IMG/VR virus record: IMGVR_UViG_3300029750_000003
Coordinates: 1 to 45,646 of that record
Direction: 5' to 3' (one strand)
DNA from: a virus
DNA: 45,646 nucleotides
Made by a program: the position numbers and the translations under genes. This document shows, piece by piece, positions 33,614 to 41,151 of this stretch. The first letter of the stretch is position 1, and each line of letters starts with the position of its first letter. Under the pieces are notes generated by a model. The model ran no database searches. It saw nothing but the letters and a program-made list of their open reading frames with translations, and was not told the origin of the DNA.

Positions 33614-33773
33614 CGTTTTCGCCTCCCTTCTCCCCGTGGAGCCGCTCATGCTCATCCCAAGTCATCCCATAGTAAGCCCGGCATAGGTCGTCCATGACGC
33701 GGCGTGCATTGCTGAAGCGGTTCTCAATCTCCCGCTTCGTGCTACTCTCGTTGAGTTGCCCATCTTTGGTCAT
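33567..33773 (-). CDS. Hypothetical protein (68 aa)
   Basis: ATG after GGAGGATTTTTT. Confidence 0.55.
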   Translation of the reverse strand: MTKDGQLNESSTKREIENRFSNARRVMDDLCRAYYGMTWDEHERLHGEKGGENDEAKNQSAAADPNGR

Positions 33774-33911
33774 AAAAAATCCTCCAATCTTGCCAGAGGC
33801 CGGAGGATGTGATATACTGTCTCCGATACCTCGTGGCTGCTTCACGTGGTGTCATGCCCTGGTCGGTGGTGCAACACTGGCCGGGGCGCTTTTTGTTGTG
33901 CTCCCTTAAAT

Positions 33912-34064
33912 TTATGAAACAAGGAAATGCATTGCTATCCAAAAAATCGTTATTGCGGAAAGCGCAGAAACCGTTCTCGCATTTATTTCCTCATCAAAGA
34001 GCCAGTAAATAAATATGTACCCAATTTCAAAACCAGCAAAAGCTAAAGCTATCCATTGGAACAT
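33912..34064 (-). CDS. Small two-helix membrane protein (50 aa; below the track cutoff), AT-rich
   Basis: My translation: MFQWIALAFAGFEIGYIFIYWLFDEEINARTVSALSAITIFWIAMHFLVS. Confidence 0.5.
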   Translation of the reverse strand: MFQWIALAFAGFEIGYIFIYWLFDEEINARTVSALSAITIFWIAMHFLVS

Positions 34065-34213
34065 CCCCGGCCCCCACTTTCGTAATCGAGGTATTTGTTT
34101 CCAAAGATATCTATCGTATAGTTCTTAGCAATTTCATCTTGATTCTGCTGGCTTTGTAGTGTAAGTACGAGGTCAGCAATTTCTTTAGAATCAGCCTCAA
34201 TGATGATCTTCAC
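34049..34213 (-). CDS. Hypothetical protein (54 aa)
   Basis: GTG 7 nt after GGAGGT, in frame within the 112-aa track ORF. Confidence 0.45.
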   Translation of the reverse strand: MKIIIEADSKEIADLVLTLQSQQNQDEIAKNYTIDIFGNKYLDYESGGRGCSNG

Positions 34214-34238
34214 CCCACTTACCTCCTTCCCCGCCCCG

Positions 34239-34415
34239 TCAGGGGCGGGCTTCTTTTTCTCCATTGGTGCTATCTTTCTTCTTGCGTTTCCGTGCGGGCC
34301 TGTCCCGCCGCCCCTCAGCATATCCAGCGATATAGAGGAGCGCTTCTTTGGGGAGAAGGGCCAGGTTGTCGGCAATACTCTGGGCATCGGCCAGGTTTTC
34401 CAAATTCACATGCAT
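34239..34415 (-). CDS. First early gene (58 aa; Cro-position)
   Basis: ATG after CAGGAGGTGAAACT, 35 nt downstream of the -10 of the minus-strand switch promoter. Basic C-terminal tail. Confidence 0.6.
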   Translation of the reverse strand: MHVNLENLADAQSIADNLALLPKEALLYIAGYAEGRRDRPARKRKKKDSTNGEKEARP

Positions 34416-34450
34416 AGTTTCACCTCCTGACAAGCTTTCAACCTGGTACA

Positions 34451-34479
34451 ATAATATATCAACCAAGTTTAAATGTCAA
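34451..34479 (-). promoter_or_regulatory. Early (lytic) promoter of the genetic switch
   Basis: Minus strand: TTGACA (34479..34474), a 17-nt spacer containing AACTTGGTTGA, then TATTAT (34456..34451). Confidence 0.75.
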
Positions 34480-34510
34480 GCATTTATTTCAACCCAGTTG
34501 AATTTTTCTC

Positions 34511-34539
34511 TTGCATTTTGATTATCTCCATGATATACT
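34511..34539 (+). promoter_or_regulatory. Repressor promoter of the genetic switch
   Basis: TTGCAT (34511-34516), 17 nt, TATACT (34534-34539). Operator-like CAACC(A/C)AGTT(G) sites at ~34459-34471 and ~34489-34502. Confidence 0.7.
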
Positions 34540-34567
34540 TCGTTGTACAGAGTAGGAGGTGTAAATA

Positions 34568-34939
34568 GTGAAAACCATAGCTGAGCGAATTATGGAAGTG
34601 GTTGAAGAAAAGGGCGGAAACAAAAGTGATTTTGCCCGTAAAATTAACGTTACTCCAGCATACATTTCCAAATTAGGAAAAGATCCAAACTGCATTCCTA
34701 GCGATCGCACCATTGCCGACATCTGCCGTGAATTTAACATCTCCGAGCTCTGGCTGCGTACCGGAGAAGGAGAGCCCCATATCCAGAGGGACGAGGACGA
34801 GGAGTTCCTCGAAGTCACGGAGCAGATCCACATGTCTGATGATGATCTGATTAAGCGGATTATTAAGGCATATTGGTTTATGGAGGACGACGAAAAAGCC
34901 GCCATCAGAAAACTGATAGACGGCTTTACAAAAAAATAA
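34568..34939 (+). CDS. CI-like repressor (XRE HTH, no S24 peptidase domain)
   Basis: GTG 7 nt after AGGAGGT. KSDFARKINVTPAYISKLGK HTH. Divergent from the early operon. 123 aa. Confidence 0.75.
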   Translation: MKTIAERIMEVVEEKGGNKSDFARKINVTPAYISKLGKDPNCIPSDRTIADICREFNISELWLRTGEGEPHIQRDEDEEFLEVTEQIHMSDDDLIKRIIKAYWFMEDDEKAAIRKLIDGFTKK

Positions 34940-34966
34940 GGCCCCGGTTTTCCGGAGCCTTTTTTA
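34931..34966. terminator. Bidirectional terminator between the repressor and the convergent small gene
   Basis: A-run, then GGCCCCGG-tttt-CCGGAGCC, then T-run. Confidence 0.7.
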
Positions 34967-35167
34967 TCACTTATTATGTAGTTTTTCGAGGACGAGGGCG
35001 CGCGTAAGGAGCGATTTCAAATAAGTTTCATTTTTGTTCCGCTCCGTGACAAGTTCAATCTCTTTTTTAAGCATATCAACAGTTTCTCCATTCGGCGTCA
35101 TTTCGCGCCCTCCTCCCAGTTTGTGCCACTCCCAATCAGAACTATGTAATTTTTCTAATTTTGGCAC
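34967..35167 (-). CDS. Hypothetical protein (66 aa) with its own promoter
   Basis: GTG start 9 nt after GAGG. ORF track. Confidence 0.55.
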   Translation of the reverse strand: MPKLEKLHSSDWEWHKLGGGREMTPNGETVDMLKKEIELVTERNKNETYLKSLLTRALVLEKLHNK

Positions 35168-35259
35168 ATTTTGTAGCCTCTGTTTGCACTATACGCCCTG
35201 TTTACCTTATATTCTGTCAGGTTTTGTCGATGCTGGAAAATTTGTTTCTGTTGACTATT

Positions 35260-35287
35260 ATTATAGAACATTAGTTCCATTTTTCAA
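35260..35287 (-). promoter_or_regulatory. Promoter for the 34967..35167 gene
   Basis: Minus strand: TTGAAA (35287..35282), 16 nt, TATAAT (35265..35260). Confidence 0.55.
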
Positions 35288-35426
35288 GATGGGAATATCA
35301 CCAAAAAAGAAGTGTAAATTTTCTGTGCGCGTTTGATCGCTTCCGATATAATGCACGGATTATCGGACTTTTGCATGAGCGTAAAAGAACCGCCAGAGTG
35401 CGGTAAAATAGAGAGGAGAATGGGAT

Positions 35427-35825
35427 ATGGAAAATGAAGCTATCAACGGGACTAACCCAGAAGTCGGCCAGACCACTCCACCCGAATCGCCCAAAAAGTT
35501 TTGTAAATATTGTGGCGAGCGCATCGACATTGACTGTGTTGTTTGCCCTAAGTGCGGAAAACAAATCGAGGCGCTCAGGCAAGACCCGTCTCAGGTAATT
35601 ATCAATAACAATGGAAGCGATTACCCCTATAAAAGTAAAACCGTCGCTCTGCTCTTGTCTATTTTCGTTGGCGGTCTTGGGATACACCGTTTTTATGTCG
35701 GGAAACTCGGAACCGGAATTATCTGGTTGTTGACTGCTGGTTGTCTTGGAGTCGGCTGGATTATCGACATCATTATGATCGCCGTAGGCAGTTTCCGGGA
35801 CAAGGCGGGCATGCCGTTGCAGTAA
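35427..35825 (+). CDS. Zinc-ribbon plus TM2-domain membrane protein
   Basis: CKYCGERIDIDCVVCPKCG, then KTVALLLSIFVGGLGIHRFYVGKLGTGIIWLLTAG...GWIIDII, the typical TM2 pattern. Confidence 0.7.
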   Translation: MENEAINGTNPEVGQTTPPESPKKFCKYCGERIDIDCVVCPKCGKQIEALRQDPSQVIINNNGSDYPYKSKTVALLLSIFVGGLGIHRFYVGKLGTGIIWLLTAGCLGVGWIIDIIMIAVGSFRDKAGMPLQ

Positions 35826-35845
35826 ATAGAAAGGGTAGATATAGT

Positions 35846-36148
35846 ATGCTGGATGAAAAAGATTTGCAGGCAATCGCACAGTTGATGGAGAAGCAGAAAC
35901 AAGACATCATGTCTGAAACGAAGGGCTTGTTGGAACAGCAGAAACAGGACATCATGCACGATGTAAAGGTTTTATTGGACACGGAGGTCACAACCCGATT
36001 TAACCTTTTGGCCGAGGGACAGCAGGTCATTATGGACGCCATCACGCCAAAAAGTGAAATCGAGGAACTGCGAAACGAAGTATCCGTGCTTAAGCTGGCG
36101 ATCCGCACCATGAATCAGGAAATCGCCGAACTGAAAAAAGCGCAATAA
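35846..36148 (+). CDS. Coiled-coil protein (100 aa) with an internal repeat
   Basis: ATG at residue 36 of the track ORF. (E/L)KQKQDIM(S/H) is duplicated. Confidence 0.55.
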   Translation: MLDEKDLQAIAQLMEKQKQDIMSETKGLLEQQKQDIMHDVKVLLDTEVTTRFNLLAEGQQVIMDAITPKSEIEELRNEVSVLKLAIRTMNQEIAELKKAQ

Positions 36149-36191
36149 AAATACCGCCCCCGGTGCTGGAACACCAGGAGCGGCTCACATA

Positions 36192-36232
36192 GGGGTGATA
36201 AGGTTTGGCCGCCATTATCACCCCTTTATTTT
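36192..36232 (+). terminator. Strong hairpin terminator just upstream of the integrase gene
   Basis: GGGGTGATAA (36192-36201) pairs with TTATCACCCC (36215-36224), followed by TTTATTTT. Confidence 0.75.
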
Positions 36233-36254
36233 ACCAGAATAGGGGGAAAAGTCA

Positions 36255-37286
36255 ATGAGAAGAGCGAATGGAACTGGAAGTATTGTAAATCTTGGGCCAA
36301 ACCGCAGAAACCGATACGCCGTCAGGGTGTCGTATTTGGAGCGGCCCGGACTGTGGAAGCAAAAGTATCTATCCTACCACAGAACTGCCAAAGAAGCACA
36401 GGAGGCCCTTGACAAATATTTGGCATCTAATATCCCGGCAAAGTCACTCGCCGTTACCTGGGGAGACGTATACAATCAGTGGTCTGCCAAAAAGTATGCA
36501 AAGGCAGGAACTGCCTCTATCGCCAGCTATAAGGCTTCTTGGGCGCGCCTCTGTGTGCTAGAAAAAAAGGATATGTGCAAGGTTACGATTGACGACCTAC
36601 AATCTATTATTGACCAAGACGAGGCAAACGGATTATCGAAATCTAGTATTAGCAATGACAAAATGCTTATGAAAGCACTTTTTAAGCACGCAACAGAGCG
36701 CGATATCGTGTATAAAGACTATTCCGCTTTTGTGGAACTTCCAGGAGTTGAAGCAAAGCACGAAAAGGGTGCTTTTGATGATATCACAATGCGTAAATTG
36801 GAGAACCTGGCGTCCTCTGGATTCCCTTGGGCTGATACCGTACTAATGCTATGTTATACTGGATTCCGGGTGTCCGAGTTTTTGGGGCTTACCAGATTCT
36901 CGTATCATTCGGAGGCGAATTATTTGCAAGGAGGTCTAAAAACCCAGGCCGGGAAAAATCGCATTGTCCCGGTGCATCCTAAAATCATGCCATATCTGAC
37001 CAAGTGGCTGTCCAGGGGCGGTAAAACTATTATCTGTGATGATGACGGGAATGCAATCCCCGCATACAAATACCGCCCGCTATTCTCTAAAGTTATGGAA
37101 GAATTAGGACTTCCTTCCGCAACCCCTCATTGGTGCAGACATACCGCCGCGTCTCGGATGAGGATGGCCGGGGTGGACGAAGTCGCTATAAAGCGTATCT
37201 TAGGGCATTCCGATGGAGATGTTACCGAGCACTATACGCACGTAGATGTTTCGTTTTTGGCTAAAGAGATCCAGAAGGTTTCCTAA
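36255..37286 (+). CDS. int: Tyrosine integrase
   Basis: 343 aa. Catalytic-type motifs GFRVSE (Arg), HWCRHTAAS (H-x-x-R) and LGHSDGDVTEHYTH (His..Tyr). Confidence 0.9.
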   Translation: MRRANGTGSIVNLGPNRRNRYAVRVSYLERPGLWKQKYLSYHRTAKEAQEALDKYLASNIPAKSLAVTWGDVYNQWSAKKYAKAGTASIASYKASWARLCVLEKKDMCKVTIDDLQSIIDQDEANGLSKSSISNDKMLMKALFKHATERDIVYKDYSAFVELPGVEAKHEKGAFDDITMRKLENLASSGFPWADTVLMLCYTGFRVSEFLGLTRFSYHSEANYLQGGLKTQAGKNRIVPVHPKIMPYLTKWLSRGGKTIICDDDGNAIPAYKYRPLFSKVMEELGLPSATPHWCRHTAASRMRMAGVDEVAIKRILGHSDGDVTEHYTHVDVSFLAKEIQKVS

Positions 37287-37292
37287 GTATTT

Positions 37293-37550
37293 GTAACTTT
37301 CTTTTTAAATATGTGCAAATAGAACAACGAACAAAAAGTTCAAAAAAGTTGTTTTTGTTGTGGATTTTTATTGTTGTTCTAGTATTTTTAGTTCTAAAAT
37401 TAGATTGACTTTTAATCTGTTTGTAATTCCTCAGAAAAAGAAACCTAGTAATTGCAATGGTTGCAGGATTTTTTGTATCTAGTATGTAGCTAGTGCGTAA
37501 CTTTCGGTGTAAATATGTGCAAATAGCAAACCGATGAAAAAGTTCAAAAA
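37293..37550. repeat. Pair of ~54-bp imperfect direct repeats 204 bp apart in an AT-rich region; candidate attP arm sites
   Basis: GTAACTTTC..TAAATATGTGCAAATAG..AAAAAGTTCAAAAA occurs at 37293-37346 and at 37497-37550. All three blocks share the same 204-bp offset. Confidence 0.7.
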
Positions 37551-37580
37551 TAGAGGGCGGAGGCTATTGCCCCCGCCCCT
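37546..37580 (-). terminator. Terminator of the six-gene minus-strand operon
   Basis: Minus strand: GGGCGG...CCGCCC hairpin followed by TCTATTTTTG. Confidence 0.65.
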
Positions 37581-37583
37581 TGT

Positions 37584-38393
37584 TTAGCCCCTCACGATGT
37601 ACTCGTAGTAGCGGGCCAGTTTGTCCTCTGGTGCGTCCTTATCACACAGGAACGATTTTGCCATGTCGGCGTAAAAATCAATCTTATCGCCAACACCGTG
37701 TTTCTTGGCTACCTTAACGTAGTCACTATAGACCATGTTGAGGGCCGCCCAAAACTGGACAGGGTCGCACTCAATCCCACGCTGGGCCATGACCTGCTTT
37801 GCCTGCTCCAGCGTCCAGTGAGCGCCACGGGTGCCGTCTTCGTTATCCATATGCTTAGACCATTCATCGGCCATCTCCTTCGTGAAAGGGATATAGCCGG
37901 AAGCAGCCCCATAACCTGTCATGCGTTCTCCACCTTTTCTGTACGCCATCTCGTCCATGCGGTAGTCATGGTCAAACTCTCTCGGAGTTCTCATTTCTCC
38001 TTCTCCAGAGATAGCGAATCCGATTTTGTTCATTGGCCGATTCATCTCCCGTCGCTCTGTGTATGCGCTCCCATCCTCCCGATAGACCGGTGGGACGTAG
38101 GGGTAGCCGTAGTGAGACTGAGGGCCGTACATCCGGTCATCCCAGTAGCGGTTCTCTACCCACATGCCGCCATCGTTGCGTGGGGCAAAGCGTCCATCAG
38201 AGTAACGACGATAGCCCCGATCCTCCGGCTCCATCATCTCAGAGCGCGGTGCATAACGGCCATTGTCGTAATGCTCCCGGCCATGGCGGTCACGAAACTT
38301 ATCATCGACATCGTAGTTGTCGTAGCTCCGTCCGTCGTTGTAGCGACGATTGTTGCCACTGGACATGAGCATCATCCGAGTAGATCGTTTCAT
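37584..38393 (-). CDS. Hypothetical protein: Arg/Asp/Tyr/Asn-rich low-complexity N-half plus a globular C-terminal domain
   Basis: 269 aa. Repeats DNGRYAPRSEMM and SDGRFAPRNDGGM. C-terminus FTKEMADEWSKHMDNEDGTRGAHWTLEQAKQVM... Confidence 0.7.
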   Translation of the reverse strand: MKRSTRMMLMSSGNNRRYNDGRSYDNYDVDDKFRDRHGREHYDNGRYAPRSEMMEPEDRGYRRYSDGRFAPRNDGGMWVENRYWDDRMYGPQSHYGYPYVPPVYREDGSAYTERREMNRPMNKIGFAISGEGEMRTPREFDHDYRMDEMAYRKGGERMTGYGAASGYIPFTKEMADEWSKHMDNEDGTRGAHWTLEQAKQVMAQRGIECDPVQFWAALNMVYSDYVKVAKKHGVGDKIDFYADMAKSFLCDKDAPEDKLARYYEYIVRG

Positions 38394-38405
38394 TTTGACC
38401 CCTCC

Positions 38406-38801
38406 TTACGCCGTAGGGGCGGGTGCAGCACCGCCGTCAATACTGGCAAGATTGTTGCTGGGAGAGCAGCAGGGCTGCCCCAGCATGCGGAACGAGCCGC
38501 CGGTGGGGGTAGTCACCACACAGACGGAGTATCGGGTGCGAGTACGGATGCCGCAGGCAGTCACCTGCGCGCAGTTACGCTTGGTAAGGGGATATAGCTC
38601 TGTCCCCGTACCAATAGTAATGTACACAGGTGCATTGATGGTAGTTGTGGCCGGGATGGACTGGGCTACCACAATACAATACTTCCCGCCGTTGTTGTAG
38701 GCACCGGCAGGCAGATTGATTTCAAGGTTGCCGCCGGTAAAGGTGACCGCCTGGCTTAGCACCAGGTTGTCGCACAGGCGGCAAACAGGCTTACAAGACA
38801 T
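38406..38801 (-). CDS. Hypothetical Cys-containing beta-rich protein (131 aa)
   Basis: ATG 5 nt after GGAGGT. MSCKPVCRLCDNLVLSQAVTFTGGNLEINLPAGAYNNGGKYCIVVAQ... Confidence 0.7.
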   Translation of the reverse strand: MSCKPVCRLCDNLVLSQAVTFTGGNLEINLPAGAYNNGGKYCIVVAQSIPATTTINAPVYITIGTGTELYPLTKRNCAQVTACGIRTRTRYSVCVVTTPTGGSFRMLGQPCCSPSNNLASIDGGAAPAPTA

Positions 38802-38899
38802 AAAATACCTCCAAGAATCAGGGGCGGCAGACATTTAGCCCGCCGCCCCGAAATAGTCACGGCAGAGCCGGAAATTTAAAGTGGTCGATTTCGACCAGT

Positions 38900-39661
38900 T
38901 TAGCAGCCACAGCCGCAGCCGCTGCTGTAGGTCCCGCAATAGGGATAGGGGGCGGGCACTTGGTAAGCGGGTACGGGCATGGGGTTGATGCGCCGAATCA
39001 GCTCAGAGGTCTGAGCGTCAGACATGGCAGCAAGATAAGAGTTCTGTGCGGTCTGGCTGGCCTGGAACTTCAACGCCTGATTCTCAGACTGGAGGGAGGC
39101 GATCTTATCCTGAGTCAAGAAATTCAGGATTTCACGAGTACCAGCGTTCTGGCTGTCAATGATATCTCGTGTGCTATTCTGGATGGTATTCTGGATGGCG
39201 CAGGTGTTGGTCGCCATGTTGTAGTTCACGCCGTCGATAGCGCGCTGGGTCTGGCAGCAGCAGTCCTGTGCCTGAGCGGCCATGTTGCACATCTGAGACT
39301 GGACGCCGTTGAAGCCCTGGAGAAGTGCCACATTGGTGTTGTTGAAGCCGCTGGTGATGCTGTTATTCAGCGCATAGGTGCTGTCACAGATGCCCTGCTG
39401 GATAGCAGAGATGCCGCGCTCAACGCCATTGAACGCAATGGCCTCGTTCACATCGGCACGGGTGGCTAGGCCCTCGAGGCCGGGATCGGTGCTGGCACCG
39501 CCACCGCCGAAACCACCGAAGCCGCCGCGGCCCCAGCCAAAAATCATGGCGAAGATGATGATAGCCCACCAGCCATCGCCACCCCAAAAGCCGCCATTGT
39601 TACAGTTGCCGCCGTTGGAGTCGGAGCCAAGAGCATAGCCAGTCGCAAAATCGTTATCCAT
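38900..39661 (-). CDS. Hypothetical membrane protein: Gly/Trp-rich N-terminus, Asn/Gln-rich Cys-containing core, CGCGC tail
   Basis: 253 aa. GGFWGGDGWWAIIIFAMIFGWGRGGFGGFGGGG. Ends YCGTYSSGCGCGC. Confidence 0.7.
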   Translation of the reverse strand: MDNDFATGYALGSDSNGGNCNNGGFWGGDGWWAIIIFAMIFGWGRGGFGGFGGGGASTDPGLEGLATRADVNEAIAFNGVERGISAIQQGICDSTYALNNSITSGFNNTNVALLQGFNGVQSQMCNMAAQAQDCCCQTQRAIDGVNYNMATNTCAIQNTIQNSTRDIIDSQNAGTREILNFLTQDKIASLQSENQALKFQASQTAQNSYLAAMSDAQTSELIRRINPMPVPAYQVPAPYPYCGTYSSGCGCGC

Positions 39662-39767
39662 TGTATATACTCCTTTGTCAGTTATTACATCGGGGCCGTA
39701 CGCTCCCCGGATGTTTCCAAAGAGCGGTTTTTATCAAGACCCGAAAACTGATAAAGAGTGCTCTATT

Positions 39768-40004
39768 TTATTTCATGGGTATACCTAGTTGTCGTGCAAT
39801 TTCCTCAACGGAGGTTCCCCTCTGTTTCGCCATGTTTTCTGCTGTTTGGCGAAGCTGCTGCGGGTTTTTCCCCTGAATGAGCCGCATAGCTTGGGCAGCC
39901 TGTGGATTCTGGCCAGCCATCTGTTGGAGCATTTGCATGGGATTCCCGCCGTTCCGCGCCATCTGGAGCATGGCCATCATGGGATTATTCATCGGAGGCA
40001 TCAT
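39768..40004 (-). CDS. Hypothetical Met/Gln/Pro-rich small protein (78 aa)
   Basis: MMPPMNNPMMAMLQMARNGGNPMQMLQQMAGQNPQAAQAM... Confidence 0.6.
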   Translation of the reverse strand: MMPPMNNPMMAMLQMARNGGNPMQMLQQMAGQNPQAAQAMRLIQGKNPQQLRQTAENMAKQRGTSVEEIARQLGIPMK

Positions 40005-40470
40005 TCTTTTTCCCTGCCTTTCCGCCGGACGTGGGCTTTTTCAGCCGTTCTATTTCGTCCTTCAGATTGTTGATGGTGTCCTTCATGTCCATAAATTCAT
40101 CCAGCGGTGCAAAAGCGGGGGCCGGGTTCTCTGCCTGCTGTTCTTTTGCCTGCTGTTGGCCGTGGAACTCAAACACATCAGCAGCTCCGGTATTGGTATT
40201 GAATCGTTTCATATAGACCACATTATGAGCGAGGTCGGGGAAAAACATGGGAGCACCCATGAAGTCAACCGGAACACCCAGCGCTTCTTCCCTGGAGGCC
40301 ACAGGACGGCAGAAAAAAGCGGGCTGTGTGTTTACATTACTCTGTGGCTGAATGGTCTGTGAGGGTTGCTGAGTAGGTTGCTGGGGCTGATATACTTGTG
40401 GAGCCGGAGCAAACGGGGTAACAGGATTGTAGGCCCCATAAGCCGGGTATGTGTAATTAGGAAACGCCAT
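39985..40470 (-). CDS. Hypothetical protein: Pro/Gln/Tyr-rich N-terminus, conserved core, C-terminal coiled coil
   Basis: ATG after GGGGAGGGAGG. The core FFCRPVASREEALGVPVDFMGAPMFFPDLAHNVVYMKRF resembles a family I recall as widespread in Clostridia with unknown function. Confidence 0.7.
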   Translation of the reverse strand: MAFPNYTYPAYGAYNPVTPFAPAPQVYQPQQPTQQPSQTIQPQSNVNTQPAFFCRPVASREEALGVPVDFMGAPMFFPDLAHNVVYMKRFNTNTGAADVFEFHGQQQAKEQQAENPAPAFAPLDEFMDMKDTINNLKDEIERLKKPTSGGKAGKKNDASDE

Positions 40471-40636
40471 ACTGACGCGCCTCCCTCCCCGCCTCCAATG
40501 CGGTTACGTAATCCTCTAGGCCCTCGTCATCTCCCTGTGCCATGTACCACATCGCTGTTTCGGTGGCACAATCGCGGGACATGCCAGCGGCTACCATCCT
40601 CTCAATCAAAGTCATCTCAAACACGTCCTTGTCCAT
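40457..40636 (-). CDS. Small acidic helical protein (59 aa; below the track cutoff), first ORF of the operon
   Basis: My translation: MDKDVFEMTLIERMVAAGMSRDCATETAMWYMAQGDDEGLEDYVTALEAGREARQYGVS. Overlaps the next start. No clear RBS. Confidence 0.4.
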   Translation of the reverse strand: MDKDVFEMTLIERMVAAGMSRDCATETAMWYMAQGDDEGLEDYVTALEAGREARQYGVS

Positions 40637-40838
40637 AAAAATAAGGAGTCCGTGAGGAGGGCGGCGACGTGTACCAACCCTGTATCCTCACGTCCTCCAT
40701 GTCTATATTGTCGCATAAAAATACCCCGCATGGGCGGCACACATGTGGGGGTTGTGTGGAAGTTATGGGGGATTCGCGTAATTTTTTGTATTTACTTTTT
40801 GAGATGTTACTTTATAATAGAAAGGGAGCGTGAAAAAT

Positions 40839-41117
40839 ATGATTATATATCGGCCCCATAGAGGCGGACTGAAAGAGGCTATGTCAGAAGCAAAAGAATT
40901 TAATAATGTAGAGGATATGAAAGAGTATATAGTCAAGCAGCATACTGACGATGTTATGGGAGAGGCATTTTCCAAAAATGATATTGTATTGGAAGAAGAT
41001 GGGATAGAGGATAAAAGAACTGGGTGGAAAGACACAAGACATATTTGTGTGAAACGATATTACAACGAAAATTTTCCAATCCCTCAGTGTATCGGATGGT
41101 TTGCAACAAAATATTAA
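40839..41117 (+). CDS. AT-rich orphan gene (92 aa), plus strand
   Basis: ATG 10 nt after GGGAG. Conspicuously AT-rich. Possible -10 TATAAT at 40813-40818. Ends at the shared terminator. Confidence 0.6.
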   Translation: MIIYRPHRGGLKEAMSEAKEFNNVEDMKEYIVKQHTDDVMGEAFSKNDIVLEEDGIEDKRTGWKDTRHICVKRYYNENFPIPQCIGWFATKY

Positions 41118-41151
41118 AAAAGGAGCCGGGTTAATCCCCGGCTCCCTTTTT
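41116..41151. terminator. Bidirectional terminator
   Basis: AAAAAA, then GGAGCCGGG-ttaatc-CCCGGCTCC, then CTTTTT. Serves both convergent genes. Confidence 0.8.

Noticed and set aside
37287-37583. tRNA or tmRNA fragment at the attP region, and tRNA genes elsewhere
   Set aside because: No cloverleaf-compatible sequence or GTTCRANYC T-loop motif was found by eye here or in the other intergenic regions. A proper tRNAscan was not possible.
40790-40818. Promoter for the AT-rich plus-strand orphan gene (TTTACT-16-TATAAT)
   Set aside because: The -10 ends only ~6 nt before the Shine-Dalgarno sequence, leaving almost no leader. In such AT-rich DNA, hexamer matches are expected by chance, so it is mentioned only in the CDS evidence.
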